NCBI RefSeq assembly: GCF_009914755.1
Contig: NC_060944.1
Source of the DNA: the human T2T-CHM13v2.0 reference genome, Homo sapiens
Length of the DNA: 64,000 nt
Strand: one strand, 5' to 3'
The notes under the pieces are model-generated. The model searched no databases. It saw only the letters and a list, made by a program, of their open reading frames with translations, and was not told where the DNA came from. Shown in pieces: positions 1 through 27,377 of the stretch; positions within the stretch are counted from its first letter, which is position 1, and every line of letters begins with the position of its first letter. Made by a program: the position numbers and the translations under genes.

Positions 1-800
1 AATTACCAATTCTGTAAACACTGTTCCATATAGCATCATGTCCATGTAAATATGACCCAAATTGTGGAACTTTTTTTTCTATTCTGGACCCCATAAGGGG
101 CCAATGCACACCTCCCTTCTCCCAGCCCCAGAGGTAGGTAACCATTTCTGTTTAGTTCTATTTCTATAACTGTTTCTGATCTTAAACTTCCTAAAATGAA
201 ATCATAGAGTATGTACTCTTATATCTAGCTTTTAGTGTCTGATTTTTTCTTTTATTTGGTGTTTGTGAGATTCAGCCATATTGTTTATATCAGTATTTTA
301 TTCCTTTTTATTGCTGAGAAATATTCCATGCTGTGTATATCTCAAAATTTGTTTATCCATTCTCTTGGTGATAAATGTTTTGGTTGTTTCTCAGTCTGGG
401 GCTTTTATGAGTAAAGCTGCTATAAACATTCTTGTGATATCTTTTTGTGGACATATTTTTCTTGAGTAAATACCTAGGAGTGAAATCGCTGGGAAGGTGT
501 TTGACTTTATTAGAAACTGCCAGTTTCCCAAAGTGTTTTTGCCATTTTGCAGTCCTACTAGTAGTATTTGAGAGTTGCTTCACGTTCTTGCCAATTCAGC
601 ATTGTCAGTAATATCTCGTGGTTTTAATTTCCATTTCTTCCTTGACTAATGGTGTCAAGTACGTTTTTCTATGCATATTGATCATTTGTAGCTCTTCTTT
701 TGTGATGTGTGTATCCAAATCTTTTATCCATTCTAAAATTGGGTTGTCTTTTTATTTGTGATTGTTGGAGTTCTTAAATATTTCAGATCATTGATTTTAG
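1..800 (-). mobile_element. Old L1M 3' fragment
   Basis: Typical antisense L1M 3' motifs (tttatccattctc...gctgctataaacattcttgt...aaatacctaggagtg). Confidence 0.7.
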
Positions 801-869
801 AAACTCTTCTCTTTCCCTTCTTCCCTCCCTCTTCTTACCTTTTCTTACGATACGTCTAGATTTCGTTCT

Positions 870-2483
<1,614 letters not shown>

Positions 2484-2801
2484 AGGTCTTATTTTTATCC
2501 TGATAATCTCTACTTTATAATTGGAGTGTTCAGTACATTTATGTTTAATTTTATTACTGATTTGGTTGGACTTTTGTCTAACCATTGCTATTTGTTTTGC
2601 TATTTGTCTCGCCTTGCTATTTGTTTCTTATTTTTCCCAACTTTCTTTGTTCTTTCTTGCCTTCTTTGAATAAAGCAATTTTTACTTTCTTTTTTAGCTC
2701 TTCTGTTGGTTTTTTAGCTATACCTCTTTGTTTAACTTTAGTGGCAACTCTAATGATTATGATAATATGCATCTTTAACATCCCTGTTGACCCAAACACT
2801 A

Positions 2802-4225
<1,424 letters not shown>

Positions 4226-4415
4226 ATGAAATTATATGATATCTAGGGTATGAGTAGGGGCATAGATGAAATAGATGGGCATTGTGATGAAGCTTGGACA
4301 TGTGTACAGGGGGTTCATTATGTTCTATTTTTGAATATATTTTAAGTTTTTTATAATTTTTTAAAATTTATTTTTATACTCAGAATTTAAAGATAAGATC
4401 TAAACTTCCTGATAG

Positions 4416-4682
<267 letters not shown>

Positions 4683-4874
4683 TGAAACATCCCCAATGGT
4701 TAAAGAAAATCATAATTTATCCAAAGATAAAACAATAGTATTACCCCCTCCAAAGTACAAATATTAGAGCTTCTCTACAATTGAGTGACTTACTTCCCTG
4801 AATATGTATATGTATGACACCGTGCATGGAACCTTGCCTTCATGAGCAATGTAGATATAATTCTTGATGTATAG

Positions 4875-5108
<234 letters not shown>

Positions 5109-5499
5109 TAAATTTATTTCTATTAGTTGACACAGCATAATTTTTTAGAATTTGCTTACCACATATGGAAATGAGTCACAGGTCAAAATGTACCAGTGTA
5201 TATAGACCCCTTAGTCCATGCATTATAATAAATGAATACAGATTATAACAGCATCCTTTTAAGACTATTGCCAAGTAAGCCACACATACCTTGCATCTTT
5301 GTCCAAAGTAGAGTGTAAGACAATTCGAGATGATAAAATTTACCTACATTTGATTTAAATGGTTTTGGGGTTTTATAGGACTGTCTGTAGTATGTTTTTT
5401 ATCATTTATACTTCATTAATTATATAATGTTCAGAAGGCAAAATTTAAGAGACTTGGTTTAGAATCATAACGGTATCTCTCTAAAAATGTCTGCCTTAA

Positions 5500-6760
<1,261 letters not shown>

Positions 6761-7670
6761 CTGGTATACATGTAAAAAAATTCATATGAGAAACTTAAAC
6801 TGAGCTTCTATAACAAGTAGGATTACAATTGTAGGATAATTAATAATACTACAATAGGATAAAAATTATTCCTTATAAAAAAGTTTTTGGCTGAGGCAAA
6901 ACAGTTATACTACAGGCTAGAAACATTCTCTAGAAACCTATTGTTTTGAGTCAGAATTGTATGAAATAAAAACCACATAATTCTAGCTATGTGTAGCTAT
7001 ACCAAAACCTAAAGAACATTGAGAAGAGGAGGTTATTGGGATATATCCTGCATCAGAATTCTGTGAGTTTGATTAAAGTTGTTTATTAAACCAAAAAGTC
7101 TGTACTGACTCAAGGTCTGTATCCTGTGTAGCCACATGAATATCCTATAGGACGGGCAAATCTGGGGCTGGGGGGTGGTGGTGGGATGGGGAGTCACAGG
7201 AAGGGCTGCCCTAGAAGAGCTAATCTTAAAACTGCGTGAGTACGGAGCTCTTGGTCTCAGTCCATCTTACTTTTTATATATCCCTTTAAGTATATTGTCC
7301 TAAGATTTATATAAGGAAAGGTTGATGGGGCTTTGATAAACATGGAAATGGCCCTCCATCCATAGTGTTAAGTAATTATCTAATGCAGTGGACACCAGAG
7401 TTTCCTTTAAGATTTGAAATGAGCTAGATACAGTGGCTTGCTCCTATAGTCCCAGCTACTCTGGAGGCCGAGGCAGGAGGACTGCCTGCTGCCCAGGAGT
7501 TAGAGGCTGCAATCAGCTATGATTGCATCACTGCACCCCAGCCTGGGCCACAGAGCCTGGGACACCTCACCTCTAAAAAAAATAAAAGATTTGAAATCAT
7601 TATTTTTCTTTCTTGTTTAGTGTGCTGAATGTAACATATGACATATATATCTCTTTAAATATACTTTTAA

Positions 7671-7847
<177 letters not shown>

Positions 7848-9121
7848 TAGAAACAACAAAGACAGGGATAGCCATTTTCTTAACTATTCCCAGTTAGCAT
7901 GGATTTGTATAACCTTTAAAATAGTTTTTAGTACTTACCTTTGTAGAAATTTTTAACCCTCAAGCTAGAACCCACAGCTAACTCATTAGGACAGCAGTCT
8001 TCTGTATGTAAATCTGTTCATTTAGTCATTTGCCAAACATGTGTGTCTTAAGAGTCAATCACTATTGGTTGTATTATTTAACGATGTGAGAAGATCATTA
8101 TATAATACAATAGTGGATTGTAGTTTTAGTATTGTGTTTAAAACCACTCTTCCCTGGGAGACTGGGAGTTCTTTGAGAAATGGATTCATATCTTCATCTT
8201 TTTATTTCTTGCCCCTGGCAAAGTGCCTGTTACACAGCAATCTGCTGCTTAAAATGAATATTAAGATGAATGACTATGGCAATATTCACTTTGTTACTAA
8301 ACAGTAAATTATTTAAGTAAATTCAAGTATTTCCTTAATACCAACATTATCCCAAGTATCATAGGAGGATACACAGAGAAGTTAAGATCCCAAAGCCTGC
8401 TTCAGACTGAAGCAGAGAGTCAAAATTAGAACTAAGCAGGTAATTTTGAATACAGAACATGGAACCAGTTTAGAAAGTACTTTAAAAGCCAGAAAAAGAA
8501 TTTGGATATTACCGTGAGGGTATTGGAAGCTGTGGAACTTTTTGAAGAGAGGAAAACTTGCTCAAGCTGCATTTAGGAAGATTTGATAGGAAGATACAGT
8601 GTGGATTAAAAGATGGTGAGGACCTAGAGATAAGAAGAAATCATTGCAGCAATGATGAGAACCTGATCTCAGGAGATGAAAGTAGAAATAGAAAAGAGGG
8701 GGTAGATACTAGGTAAAGTTCCAAAGGAGAAACAGGTAGAGAGCTTAATAGAAAATGAAGTATAAGAGAGGGGTATCAGCAATAATTGTCATGTTATGGA
8801 ACATGGAGCAATGGAGAAGTTAGGAAGTATAAAGAGTATGCATCGTTGTAGATGTTGGGGGAGGATGCTGAGCAGCTTAGAACCTGCTGAATTTAAGGTA
8901 ACTGCTGGACAACCAAGTAGAAAACCCCAGGGAAGCAGCTGTAGAGGTAACAATATATGAGTTAGAGTTAAGAGGAAACAGAAGAAGTTGAATCATCAGA
9001 GCAGTGACATTTGATGCTGTGAGAATGTGTGGTCTTAGGCAGAAATAGAATACAGAGAGGAGTAGAAGGCTAATGCCTAGAACCATCTGCATGTAGGGAT
9101 AAGACAGAAGGAGATAGCCTA

Positions 9122-13050
<3,929 letters not shown>

Positions 13051-14124
13051 GTCATTGGTATTTCTGTAGGGATTGCATTGAATCTGTAGAAATTTTTAAT
13101 AGTACGGTTATTAGTGGAGTATTAATTTTTCAACCCATGAACATGGGATGTCTTTACATTTTTTGTGTGTTTTCTTCAGTTTCTTTTGTCAGTGTTTTAT
13201 AGTTTTTGCTGTAGAGATCGTTCACCTCCTTGGTTAAATTTATTTCTAGGTTTTTGTTGTTTGTAGCTATTGTAAGTAGGATTGCTTTCTTGATTTCTTT
13301 TTCTTCTAGTTTGTTGTTTTATAGAAACGCTGCTGATTTTTGTATGTTGATTTTGTATCCTACAACTTTACTTAATGTGTTTATCAGTTCCAATAATTTT
13401 TTATTGGTGGAGTTTTTAAGGTTTTCTGTATATAAGGTCATGTTGTCTGCGAACAGGTATAGTTCAACTTCTTCCTAATTCTGATGCCCTTTATTTCTTT
13501 CTCTTATCTAATTGCTTTGGCTGGGACTTCCAGCAGTTTGTTGAATAAATGTGGTGAAAGTGGGCACCCTTGTCTTGTTCCATATCTTGGAGGAAAAGCT
13601 TTTAGTTTTCTCTGTTCAGTATGATGTTGGCTGTGGATTTGTAATATATAGCCTTTATTATGTTCAGGTACATTCCTTCTGTGCCTAACTTGTTGAGAGT
13701 TTTTCTTATGAAGTGATGTTGGATTTTATTAAATATTTTTTCTGCATCTATTGAGAAGATCATATGGTTTAGCCCATCATTCTGTTGATATACTTTGTTA
13801 TGTTCATTGATTTGTATATGTTGAACCATCCTTGCAACCTTTGGATCTTTTTAATGTGTTGCTGAATTTGATTTGCTTGTATTTCATTGAGGATTTTTGC
13901 ATCTGTGTTCATCAAGGATATTGGCCTATAGTTTTCTTTTCTTTTCTTTTCCTCCTTTTTTTTTGTTTTTGTTTCTTGTATCCTTGTCTAGTTTTGGTAT
14001 CAGGGTAACGCTGGCCTTGTAGAATGAGTTTCAAAAAATTCTCTCTTCTATTTTCTGGAAGAGCTTGAAAAGAATTGGTATTAGTTCTTCTTTAAATGTT
14101 TGTTAGAATTCCATTGGTTCCTAG

Positions 14125-14520
<396 letters not shown>

Positions 14521-16653
14521 ATGGGAGACTTTTTATTACAGATTCAGTCATGTTACTTATAATTGATCTTTTCAGCTTTTCTGCTTTTTCTTGGTTCAGT
14601 CTTGGTAGGTTGTATGTGTCCAGGAATGTATCAATTTCCATAGGTTTTCTAAGTTGGTGTGTAGTTCATAATAATTTCTAAAGGTCCTTTGTATTTCTGT
14701 GGTGTCAGTTGTAATGTCTCCCTTTTCGTTTCTGATTTCATTTATTTGGGTCTTTTCTTGGTTAGTTTAGCTAATGGTTTGTCAATTTTGTTTATCCTTT
14801 CAGAAAAAAAAACAACTTTTCATTTCATCTATCTTTTGTCTTCATTTTTAGCCTCATTTTTGTTTATTTCTGTTTTGATCTTTATTATTTCTTTCCTTCT
14901 AGTAATTTTGGGTTTGCTTTGTTCTTTTCTGGTTTCTCAAAGTGTATCATTAGGTCATTTGTTTAAAATCTTTCCACTTTTTTGATGTAGGCATTTATTG
15001 CTATAACATTACCTTTTAATATTGGTTTTGCTATATTTTATAATTTTCAATATATTGTGTTTCCATTTGCATTTGTTTCATGGAATTTTTAAATTTCCTT
15101 TTACATTTCCCCATTGGTCATTCTGGAGCACGTTTAATTACCATGTATTTATACAATTTTGAAAGTTCCTCTTTTTATTGATTTCTAGTCTTACTCCATT
15201 GTGTTCAGAAAATATATTTGACATTATGACTTCAGTTCTTTTAAATTTGTTGAGACTTGTTTTGGGTCTTAATATGTGGTTTCCCCAGGAGAATGTTCCA
15301 TGTGCTGATGACAAGAATGTGTATTCTGAAGCTGTTGGATGAAATGTTCTATGAATGACTGTTAGGTTCATTTGGTCTGAAGTACAGTTTAAATCCAATG
15401 TTTCTTTGTTGATTTTCTGTCTAGATGATCTATCCAGTGCTAAGAGTGGATATTGAAGTCCCCAACTAGTATTGGAGTCTGTCTTTCCCTTTTAATATAA
15501 TAATATTTCCTTTTTATATCTGGGTTCTTTGGTGTTGGGTGCATATATAACTCTCATATCCTCTTGTTGAATTGGTCCCTTTATCATTATAGAATGCCCT
15601 TTGTCTCTTTTTATAGTTTTTGATTTAAAGTCTGTTTGCCTGATATATGTATAGCTACTCCTGCTCACTTTGGATTTCCATTTCCATGAAATATCTTTTT
15701 CATCCCTTCCTTTTCAGTCTGTATGTGTCTTTACGGGTAAAGCAAGTTTCTTGGAGGCAGCATATGATAGTTGGGTCATTTTTCTTTTTAAATCTATTCA
15801 GCCAGTCTATATCTTTTTAGTAGGGAATTTATCCACTTATATTCAAGGTTATTACTGATAGATCAGGACTTACTCCTGTCATTTTTAAAATTACTTTCTG
15901 GTTGCTTTATATATCCGTCGTTCCTTTCTTTCTCTCATTGTTTATCATTATGGTTTTTGTGGTTTTCTATAGTGCTAAGGTTTGGTTCTTTTTTCCCTTA
16001 GTGTATCTGCTCTACCAGAGTGTTATATTAATACTTTTTGTGTATTTTCATGAGAGTGATTATCATCTTTTCACTTCCAGATGTGGGAGTCCGTTGAGCA
16101 TTTTTCATAAGGTGATGAATTCCTTCTATTTCCCCATGTCTGGGAAATACTGTATTTCTCCTGTATGTCTGAAGGATGGTTTTGCTGGGTATAGTAATCT
16201 TGGCTGCCAATTTTTTTCTTGCAGTACTTTGAATATTATCTCATTCTCTCCTGGTCTGTAAGGTTTCTGCAGAGGCAGCCATCTAGTTTAAACTTCCACC
16301 CAGCACAGGAAGAGAAAGTTTTAGAGGTGGTGTATGTAATTCTTTAATGGGATGCTTCTTGACCTTGGGGATGGATCCAACATCCCACTTTTATTAATAT
16401 ATATTCATAATATCCCCTTTAATACACTGATTTATGGATGAAATAACCTATTGACAATCCCTAGAAAATACTTATACATAGCCTTAACTGTAATATAAGG
16501 GATTAAATTTTTTAGGTAATTTATAATGAAATAATATGTGTTTTAATACATGTCTATTTGGGGACAACTATGTTAGAAGATATACCTAAGAAGTCAAATA
16601 TTTGTTCCTACTTATAAGAAAAGGTTTAAGACAAGATCAAAAGCCATTCTCTA

Positions 16654-18280
<1,627 letters not shown>

Positions 18281-18911
18281 TTATAACGTTTCCTATATTA
18301 CTGGACTTTTTACATAACTACTTGTGAAAACAATTCAGTGTTATTAAATACAAAAGCACTAACAATTTATATTGGGTATACTTAGTATACAGGGTTTAGT
18401 CAGGTGGGACATGAGAAAGTTCTTTGTGTCTGACAGTGTCACACATTACAGAACAGTTAGCGTTCCTGCCCCCTTCTAATTAAAATATCTAGTAGCATTA
18501 CCAGTCATTGAGACCAACAATAAATGCTTCCTAGGGAAAAGTAATGATCTTTTAAAAAACTGGTGTTTTTATGATCACTTTTCACAGCTATCTCCAGCAG
18601 CAGGTAAATGAGGGGCAAGTATTTTATGTTTATACTTGTATCTGTTTTTGTAAGGGTATGCCCTACAGGACCTGTAAGTTCCAGCATTAATAATATGGAA
18701 TTCACTAGGATATTTACATTTCACAAAGTTTTATTAATTCTGTATTTAAATCAAGTTTTATTGTAGTTTCGTTATTGTCTTTCAAACTACTAAAATTAAG
18801 CTTTTTGTGTGTTCTTGTGTAAGCTTTTATTAATCATAACAATGTGTTATTCCGGCTAAAGAATGCTAGATGAAACTGCATTTTCTCCTTTGGGACTTAT
18901 ATTAACAAACT

Positions 18912-19472
18912 ATAGTCTTCAAACTTTTACACTTACCAGAATCACCCGGAAGCTTGTTAAAGCACATATTGCTGAGCCTGACCCCTAGAGTTTCTTTTTT
19001 GTTTGTTGGTTGCTTTTGGGTTTTTTGGGTTTTTTTTTTTTTTTGGTTTTTTTTTTTTTGGTTTTTTTTTTTTTTGAGATAGGGTCTCGTTCTGTCACCC
19101 GGGCGAGAGTGTAGTGGCGCAATCTTGAGTCACTGCAACTTTGCTGCACAGATTCAAGCAATTCTCCTGCCTCAGTCTCCTGAGTAGCTGGGATTACAGG
19201 CATACGCCACCACACTTGGCTAGTTTTTGTATTTTTAGTAGAGATCAAGATTCACCATATTGGCCAGGCTGATCTTGAACTCCTGACCTCAAGTGAGCTG
19301 CCCACCTTTGCCTCTCAAAGTACTGGGATAACAGACATGAGCCACCACACCTAACCCAGAGTTTCTGAATTAGTAAGATGATGTGTGGGGCCTGAGGATT
19401 TATGGTTCTAACAAGTTCCCTCATGATGCTGATGCTTGTTGGATTGGGGAACACAGTTTGAGATCCACTATA
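18912..19472. mobile_element. MER5-type hAT element split by an antisense Alu (~18990-19355)
   Basis: cagaatcacc...gcttgttaaa / ttctaacaagttccc...gatgctgatgc...tttgaga motifs; agagtttct duplicated around the Alu. Confidence 0.7.
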
Positions 19473-19490
19473 CTAACAAACTGTTTATGA

Positions 19491-19580
<90 letters not shown>

Positions 19581-20129
19581 TAAGTACAATCAGAATGGAT
19601 AGAGAAAACAGCTTTTGTCCAGTTATCTGTAGCTATTTAAAGCCAGCTAGAAATTAAAAATGATATTTAGTAGATTTACAGAATAGCACAGCCATCATAG
19701 CAATCCAGTTTAAGAGCATTTTGTTCACCCCTGTATGATTCCTTACAACTATTTGCAATCAATTCCTTTTTTCACATCTGAATTTTTTTTCTAATGTGGG
19801 ATTTAGAGTTATTTTAACTTTTCTCTGAGGGCAGCAAAAGAAAGTTAGGAGACCTACTTTCTAACATCATGACCACAAATATTCTCATTTGAAATCTAAT
19901 TACATTTCTAAAAATGTAGAAAACTAAATCTAATCCTAATCTGACAGCAAATATATTAATATTTTGGAATTCAACCTAATGTCAACAATATTTGAACCTT
20001 ATTTTGTGGGATATATTTTAGTGGTCACATATGGTCCTTCCTGGATATCTGACCTCTTTACTGTTTTACTAATGTCTATTCCTTTTTGTTTTTACACATA
20101 ATGTTTTGTACATGCATGTAGTGTTTAAG

Positions 20130-22969
<2,840 letters not shown>

Positions 22970-23703
22970 CTTCTGAGAACTTGCACCATGAATGGGCAAG
23001 AACTTATTTGCAATGTTTGTCCTTCTCTGCCTGTTGCACATCTTGTAAAATTGGACAATGGCTCTTTAGAGAGTTATCTGAGTGTAAGTAAATTAATGTT
23101 CTCATTTAGATTTATCTCCCAGTGATTTCTACTCAGCGTTTCCAGAAATCAGGTCTGCAAATGACTAGTCAGAACCTTGCTTAACATGAGATTTTAACAC
23201 AACAATGAAATTTGCCTTGTCTTATTCCACTAGTTTATTCCTTTAACAACAATATTTTATGTGTGTCAAAAGTCTCACTTGGGAGTAGTGTTTTTTTCTT
23301 TTAGACATTCTGCAGACATGCAGGGAAGTCCTTTGGTAACTGCAATATACAAGATTTTCCTATTAAGCCTCTTGGTAAGAGGCATTTGTTAAAAGTGCAA
23401 GCTTACTCCTGCTTCTGGGGATGTGAGCAAAATTCGGGCTTGTGTTCTCCCTCTCATTTTAGTCTGACTTGACTATTGTTTTTCCTTTCTGGCGCATGAA
23501 TCCATACATCATTCCTGGAAGTGAGGCAAGACTCTTGCATCTCTACAAAGTAGTTTTGTCAATTTGAATTCAGGGAAAAGTTGGTCACAGCCTGCAAATG
23601 ACTTCATTTGGAAGTCTGATTGTTTCAGTTGCCTGACAAATACTACACTTTACAAACAATGTTAACACTGTGATTCCTTCATTGTTTTAAGAAGTTAACC
23701 TAG

Positions 23704-23820
23704 GGCCGGGCATGGTGGCTCATACCTGTAATCCTAGCACTCTGGGAGGCCGAGGCAGGAGGATCCCTTTAGCCCAGGAGTTAAAGACCAGCCTGGGCAA
23801 CATAGGGAGACCCTGTCTTT
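23704..23820 (+). mobile_element. Alu left monomer (FLAM-like) in the ITCH 3' UTR; a second same-sense fragment lies at ~25921-26010
   Basis: Left-arm consensus only. Confidence 0.85.
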
Positions 23821-24350
23821 TTTTTGGGCAGCGTGGTGGGGGATAAATAAATAAAAGGAAAAAAAACTTAGCCTAGAATTAGAATTAATTTAATTGAATT
23901 CATCTAAAGATGTCTCTGGTGATTTTTATATGTTCCGCTATATAATTGATGCTTTATAGTTTTATCATAATCCAACAACTTCAGTTATATTTAATTATTG
24001 TTAAGGAGTTTAAGACTAGAAAGACTAGAGTGCTTTCTAGTCCAAATAGAGGTCAGTGAAACAGCTTTTGACATCAGATTTTCATTTGAGAGGGAGAGCT
24101 GTGGTACTGGCTAAAAAGAAAGGAAGATAACATCCAGTAACCACAGGAATATATTCTCTGTGAATTAAAAGTCTTCAAAGTTATCATTTCTCTGACATAT
24201 GTTGGAGTAGTCATTTCCATTCTTTACATTGTCATGAACTGGATTGATAACCCTCATCTGCAATATTTTCACCCCTAAAATTTTTAACAGGGTTTCCTTT
24301 TTTTCTCACGACTATTTAAGTTTAGATTGCTCCATTATTAACTGATTAAT

Positions 24351-24357
24351 GCACTTT
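24351..24357 (+). promoter_or_regulatory. miR-17/20/93/106-family 7mer-m8 seed match (GCACTTT) in the ITCH 3' UTR
   Basis: Exact seed complement; miR-106b regulation of ITCH is recalled from the literature and not verified here. Confidence 0.5.
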
Positions 24358-25616
24358 GAAGTTCTCTGGAATTAATTATTTTAACTTGGCCTAGCTTCGA
24401 CTGTCAAGGTGGCTGTTATAAATTTGACTTCATTGGCAGTGGATGAAGCCTAAGCCAGCTGAGTCTCTATCATAGCTGAACCCTGAGGACAGCCTCATAG
24501 CTCATGTATCAGGGACTTTTGCCACATTTCAGAGGCATAGCATGAACAAGTAATATTAAGCCAAGAATAAGCAGCAGAACCCTGTTCCATATGGAAAAAA
24601 GAAAAACAATTTTTTGTCCCTAATGTTCTTCCTTTTACATCCTGGAACAACAATAAAAACATTTTTTTAAACTTGTCTACTGTAAGATACTGCCATCATA
24701 AAGCAGAGACTTACATGAGTGAAAGGGTTGCCTCATCAAGCAGCTCAGTGTAAATGGGGAGGCTAGGCTCTCCCCAGCCCTATGGTTTTTTTATTTCATG
24801 TACCCCAGGAAATACTGTGTGGTTTCTAAAAGCCCTGGTTGTTAAAAGTAGGGACTCTGCCTTTTTGTTGGTAGGGAGAAAAAACGCTATTGCTTTGTCT
24901 TACAGAGCGAATGTCTGCCAACTACCCGTTCATTATATAAGTCTGAACTTGGTAATATATGGCTAATGAAGATTAAGCCCTCTATAAAGACTTCCTGTTG
25001 AGGTGAATTCTCATACTGAAATGTAGTTACCTACAATATTTACTAGAGATTTATGAAATTAAATTAAGAGATAATGTAAGAAAATACATTTTTTTGGTTC
25101 TATATAATGCTTCATGATTCATTTAGGGACCTAGAAATATTGTGTGAAAATATATAAATATCACCCAAAAGGCTTTCTGCCCTATATTTTTAAAATACAG
25201 AATAGTTATATTTGAAGTAGCCCTGGCCCTAGTTCTATAGGGCTTGGCTATTTAATATTTTTATGGAAGAAGTGTTTAGTTCTGGAAAAGGTAAATGCTT
25301 GTATATATTTTTGCAGCCTGGGATCTCCCTACTCCATTTTTTCCTTTAATTTAAGTGGCCACATGTATATGTCTTCCCTGCTGTGTTAGGAAAATGGGGG
25401 CTGGATATCCCAAGAATCAGAGGTTATATAAAAATACTGCAAATAGACCGCAGACATAAATATCTACCAAATGCTATCTTAAATTTTGGTCCAAACTGAA
25501 CATATGGAAATAGATTTATTGTAAGTATTTACTTAGAGCTTTTTCTTAAATCTGAACTAACTTGCTTTTAGAAGTCTTTTTCTTTGTAAGCATTGTAAAT
25601 GCTAATAAATCCTGTT

Positions 25617-25650
<34 letters not shown>

Positions 25651-26723
25651 GCATGTTACATTGAAATAAAAACAAAGTAAAATGAGCAATTGCCTTATTG
25701 TTCTGCTCTTTTGCAGGGGGTGGGGGTTGGGGAAGACAGCATTCCACAGCCTGGTCAGGAGGGAAGGACCTCACTTGTTTCATCAAATGGAGTGGTTTAA
25801 AACTGATCAAGCAGCTCATAATAATGAATTCCTGCTCTGTCTTTTATTATCTTATGTCAGAGTGCAGCAAAATCTCATTTCATAAGACTTACAATAACTC
25901 TATTTAAAATTCAGGTATTGTACTCGGGAGGCTGAGGTGGGAGGATCCCAGGAGTTCAAATCCTGCCTGGGCAACATAGCAAGACCCTGTCTCTTAAAAA
26001 AACAAAAAGACATATTCAGGTACTGATTTTTCATCAAGAGATTGACATACCAATGATCAGAAATTTTAGTGAAACTTGACTCAACTATACACAAAGTTCT
26101 CATCCTAAATGAACTATTTCAGTCAAGCCCACTCTACCACTTTTTACTTATCTGGTTAATAATCCGAAATGTTACCGGGGTTGACTCACGGAATTAAATT
26201 TTTCCTCTATTTTTATATCCTTTCCTGTTGTGGATGTAACTTACCTTTCTAAACTCCTTTAGAGTTAACGACTTCTATTTAGTATTGTTGGTATCTCCAG
26301 CCCCCCTCCTTTTTTTGTTTTTCTTTTAGTTATTTACTTTGTTTGTATAATTTGCTTTCATTAACTAAAAATGGAATTGGCAGCACTGGATTGTATATTA
26401 CTGTATTAAGAGTACCTTTGTTTTCTTGATCTGTTACTTTTAATACTCAGGTAATGCTACAAATATTACAGGGAGTCAAATGCTTTTATAAAGTTCCTTC
26501 AGTGGTTGCCTCACTTGCGTTTTCCTACAAGATGTAAGACTGTTTATAATTAAACTTTTTTGGTCCTTCATTTGCATGCTTTTCTATCAGTCTTGGGTAA
26601 GGAGGGGTCTCTTTCCTCTCTCCCCGGCCCCACCTTCTGAGACTTATATGTGACCAGGTCACATAGATTTCTGCCTCTCTGCTTTTTTAAGTGGCAAGTT
26701 ACAGCCCATCTGGATTGTGGTAT

Positions 26724-27377
26724 TGTTCCCAGACCAAATCAAGGGTTGGACTGCTTATTCTCGCAGCCCAATAATGAGGTGCAGATGAACTGAGAAAGGA
26801 GGGAGTTTATTTCTGTAACCAGGTATGGGGAGAAAGCCTGGAAATGATCCCAAGACCAACTCAAAACTACAAAGTTTTCCAGAGCTTATTTACATTATAA
26901 GCTATATGTCTACATGTGAGTGTACATTCATCTAAAGACATAAGTGATTCACTTTTTTAAATCTATAAATAAGATCTGAGCCCTGAAGACCTTCCTCTGG
27001 AGCCTCAGTAAATTTACTTAATCTAAATGGGTCCAGGTGCTGGGGTGATTACCCTTATCTTGTTTCCTGCTAAATCATGGAGGTTTGGGGACTTCCTTCA
27101 GACCCCCAGTAAACTTGTTTGTGGAGGCCTTCAGACCCCCTCAATAAGTTCCTTCAGACCCCCAATAAAACTTGTTTAATCCTAAATGGGTTCCTTTGTT
27201 ATCTTGTCATGCTTCAAGGCCCAGAAAAGGCCTGGGCAAAACCCTTGGTGGCCTTTTGTTACATTCTAGCCTTTGCATAAGGGCCCTCACTCTTTCAGCT
27301 TTTAATATTTAACTTAACCACTCAGTGCTGAAACAGTTGTTATGGAGGCCTGCGTTATTGAGATCTGGCCTGCCACG
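26724..27377 (-). mobile_element. Solo ERV1-type LTR (MER39-like)
   Basis: Minus strand begins (c)gtggcaggccagatctcaataacgcaggcctccataacaactgtttcag and ends gggaaca; gtat/gtac flanks; subfamily from memory. Confidence 0.7.

Larger units (their letters stand above)
22970..26570 (+). other. ITCH: ITCH 3' UTR (~3.6 kb) with several poly(A) signals
   Basis: AT-rich, repeat-poor sequence after the stop; AATAAA at 24652, 25604 and 25665, ATTAAA at 26549; the distal end is inferred. Confidence 0.75.

Noticed and set aside
7164-7191. G-quadruplex-like motif in an ITCH intron
   Set aside because: Common motif, ~480 nt from the nearest exon, with no further support
25619-25700. T29 run as the tail of a minus-strand retrocopy
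   Set aside because: No TSD or recognisable body adjacent; better explained as a UTR U-rich element
23704-26010. Alu pair in the ITCH 3' UTR as an inverted-Alu dsRNA
   Set aside because: Both fragments are in the same orientation
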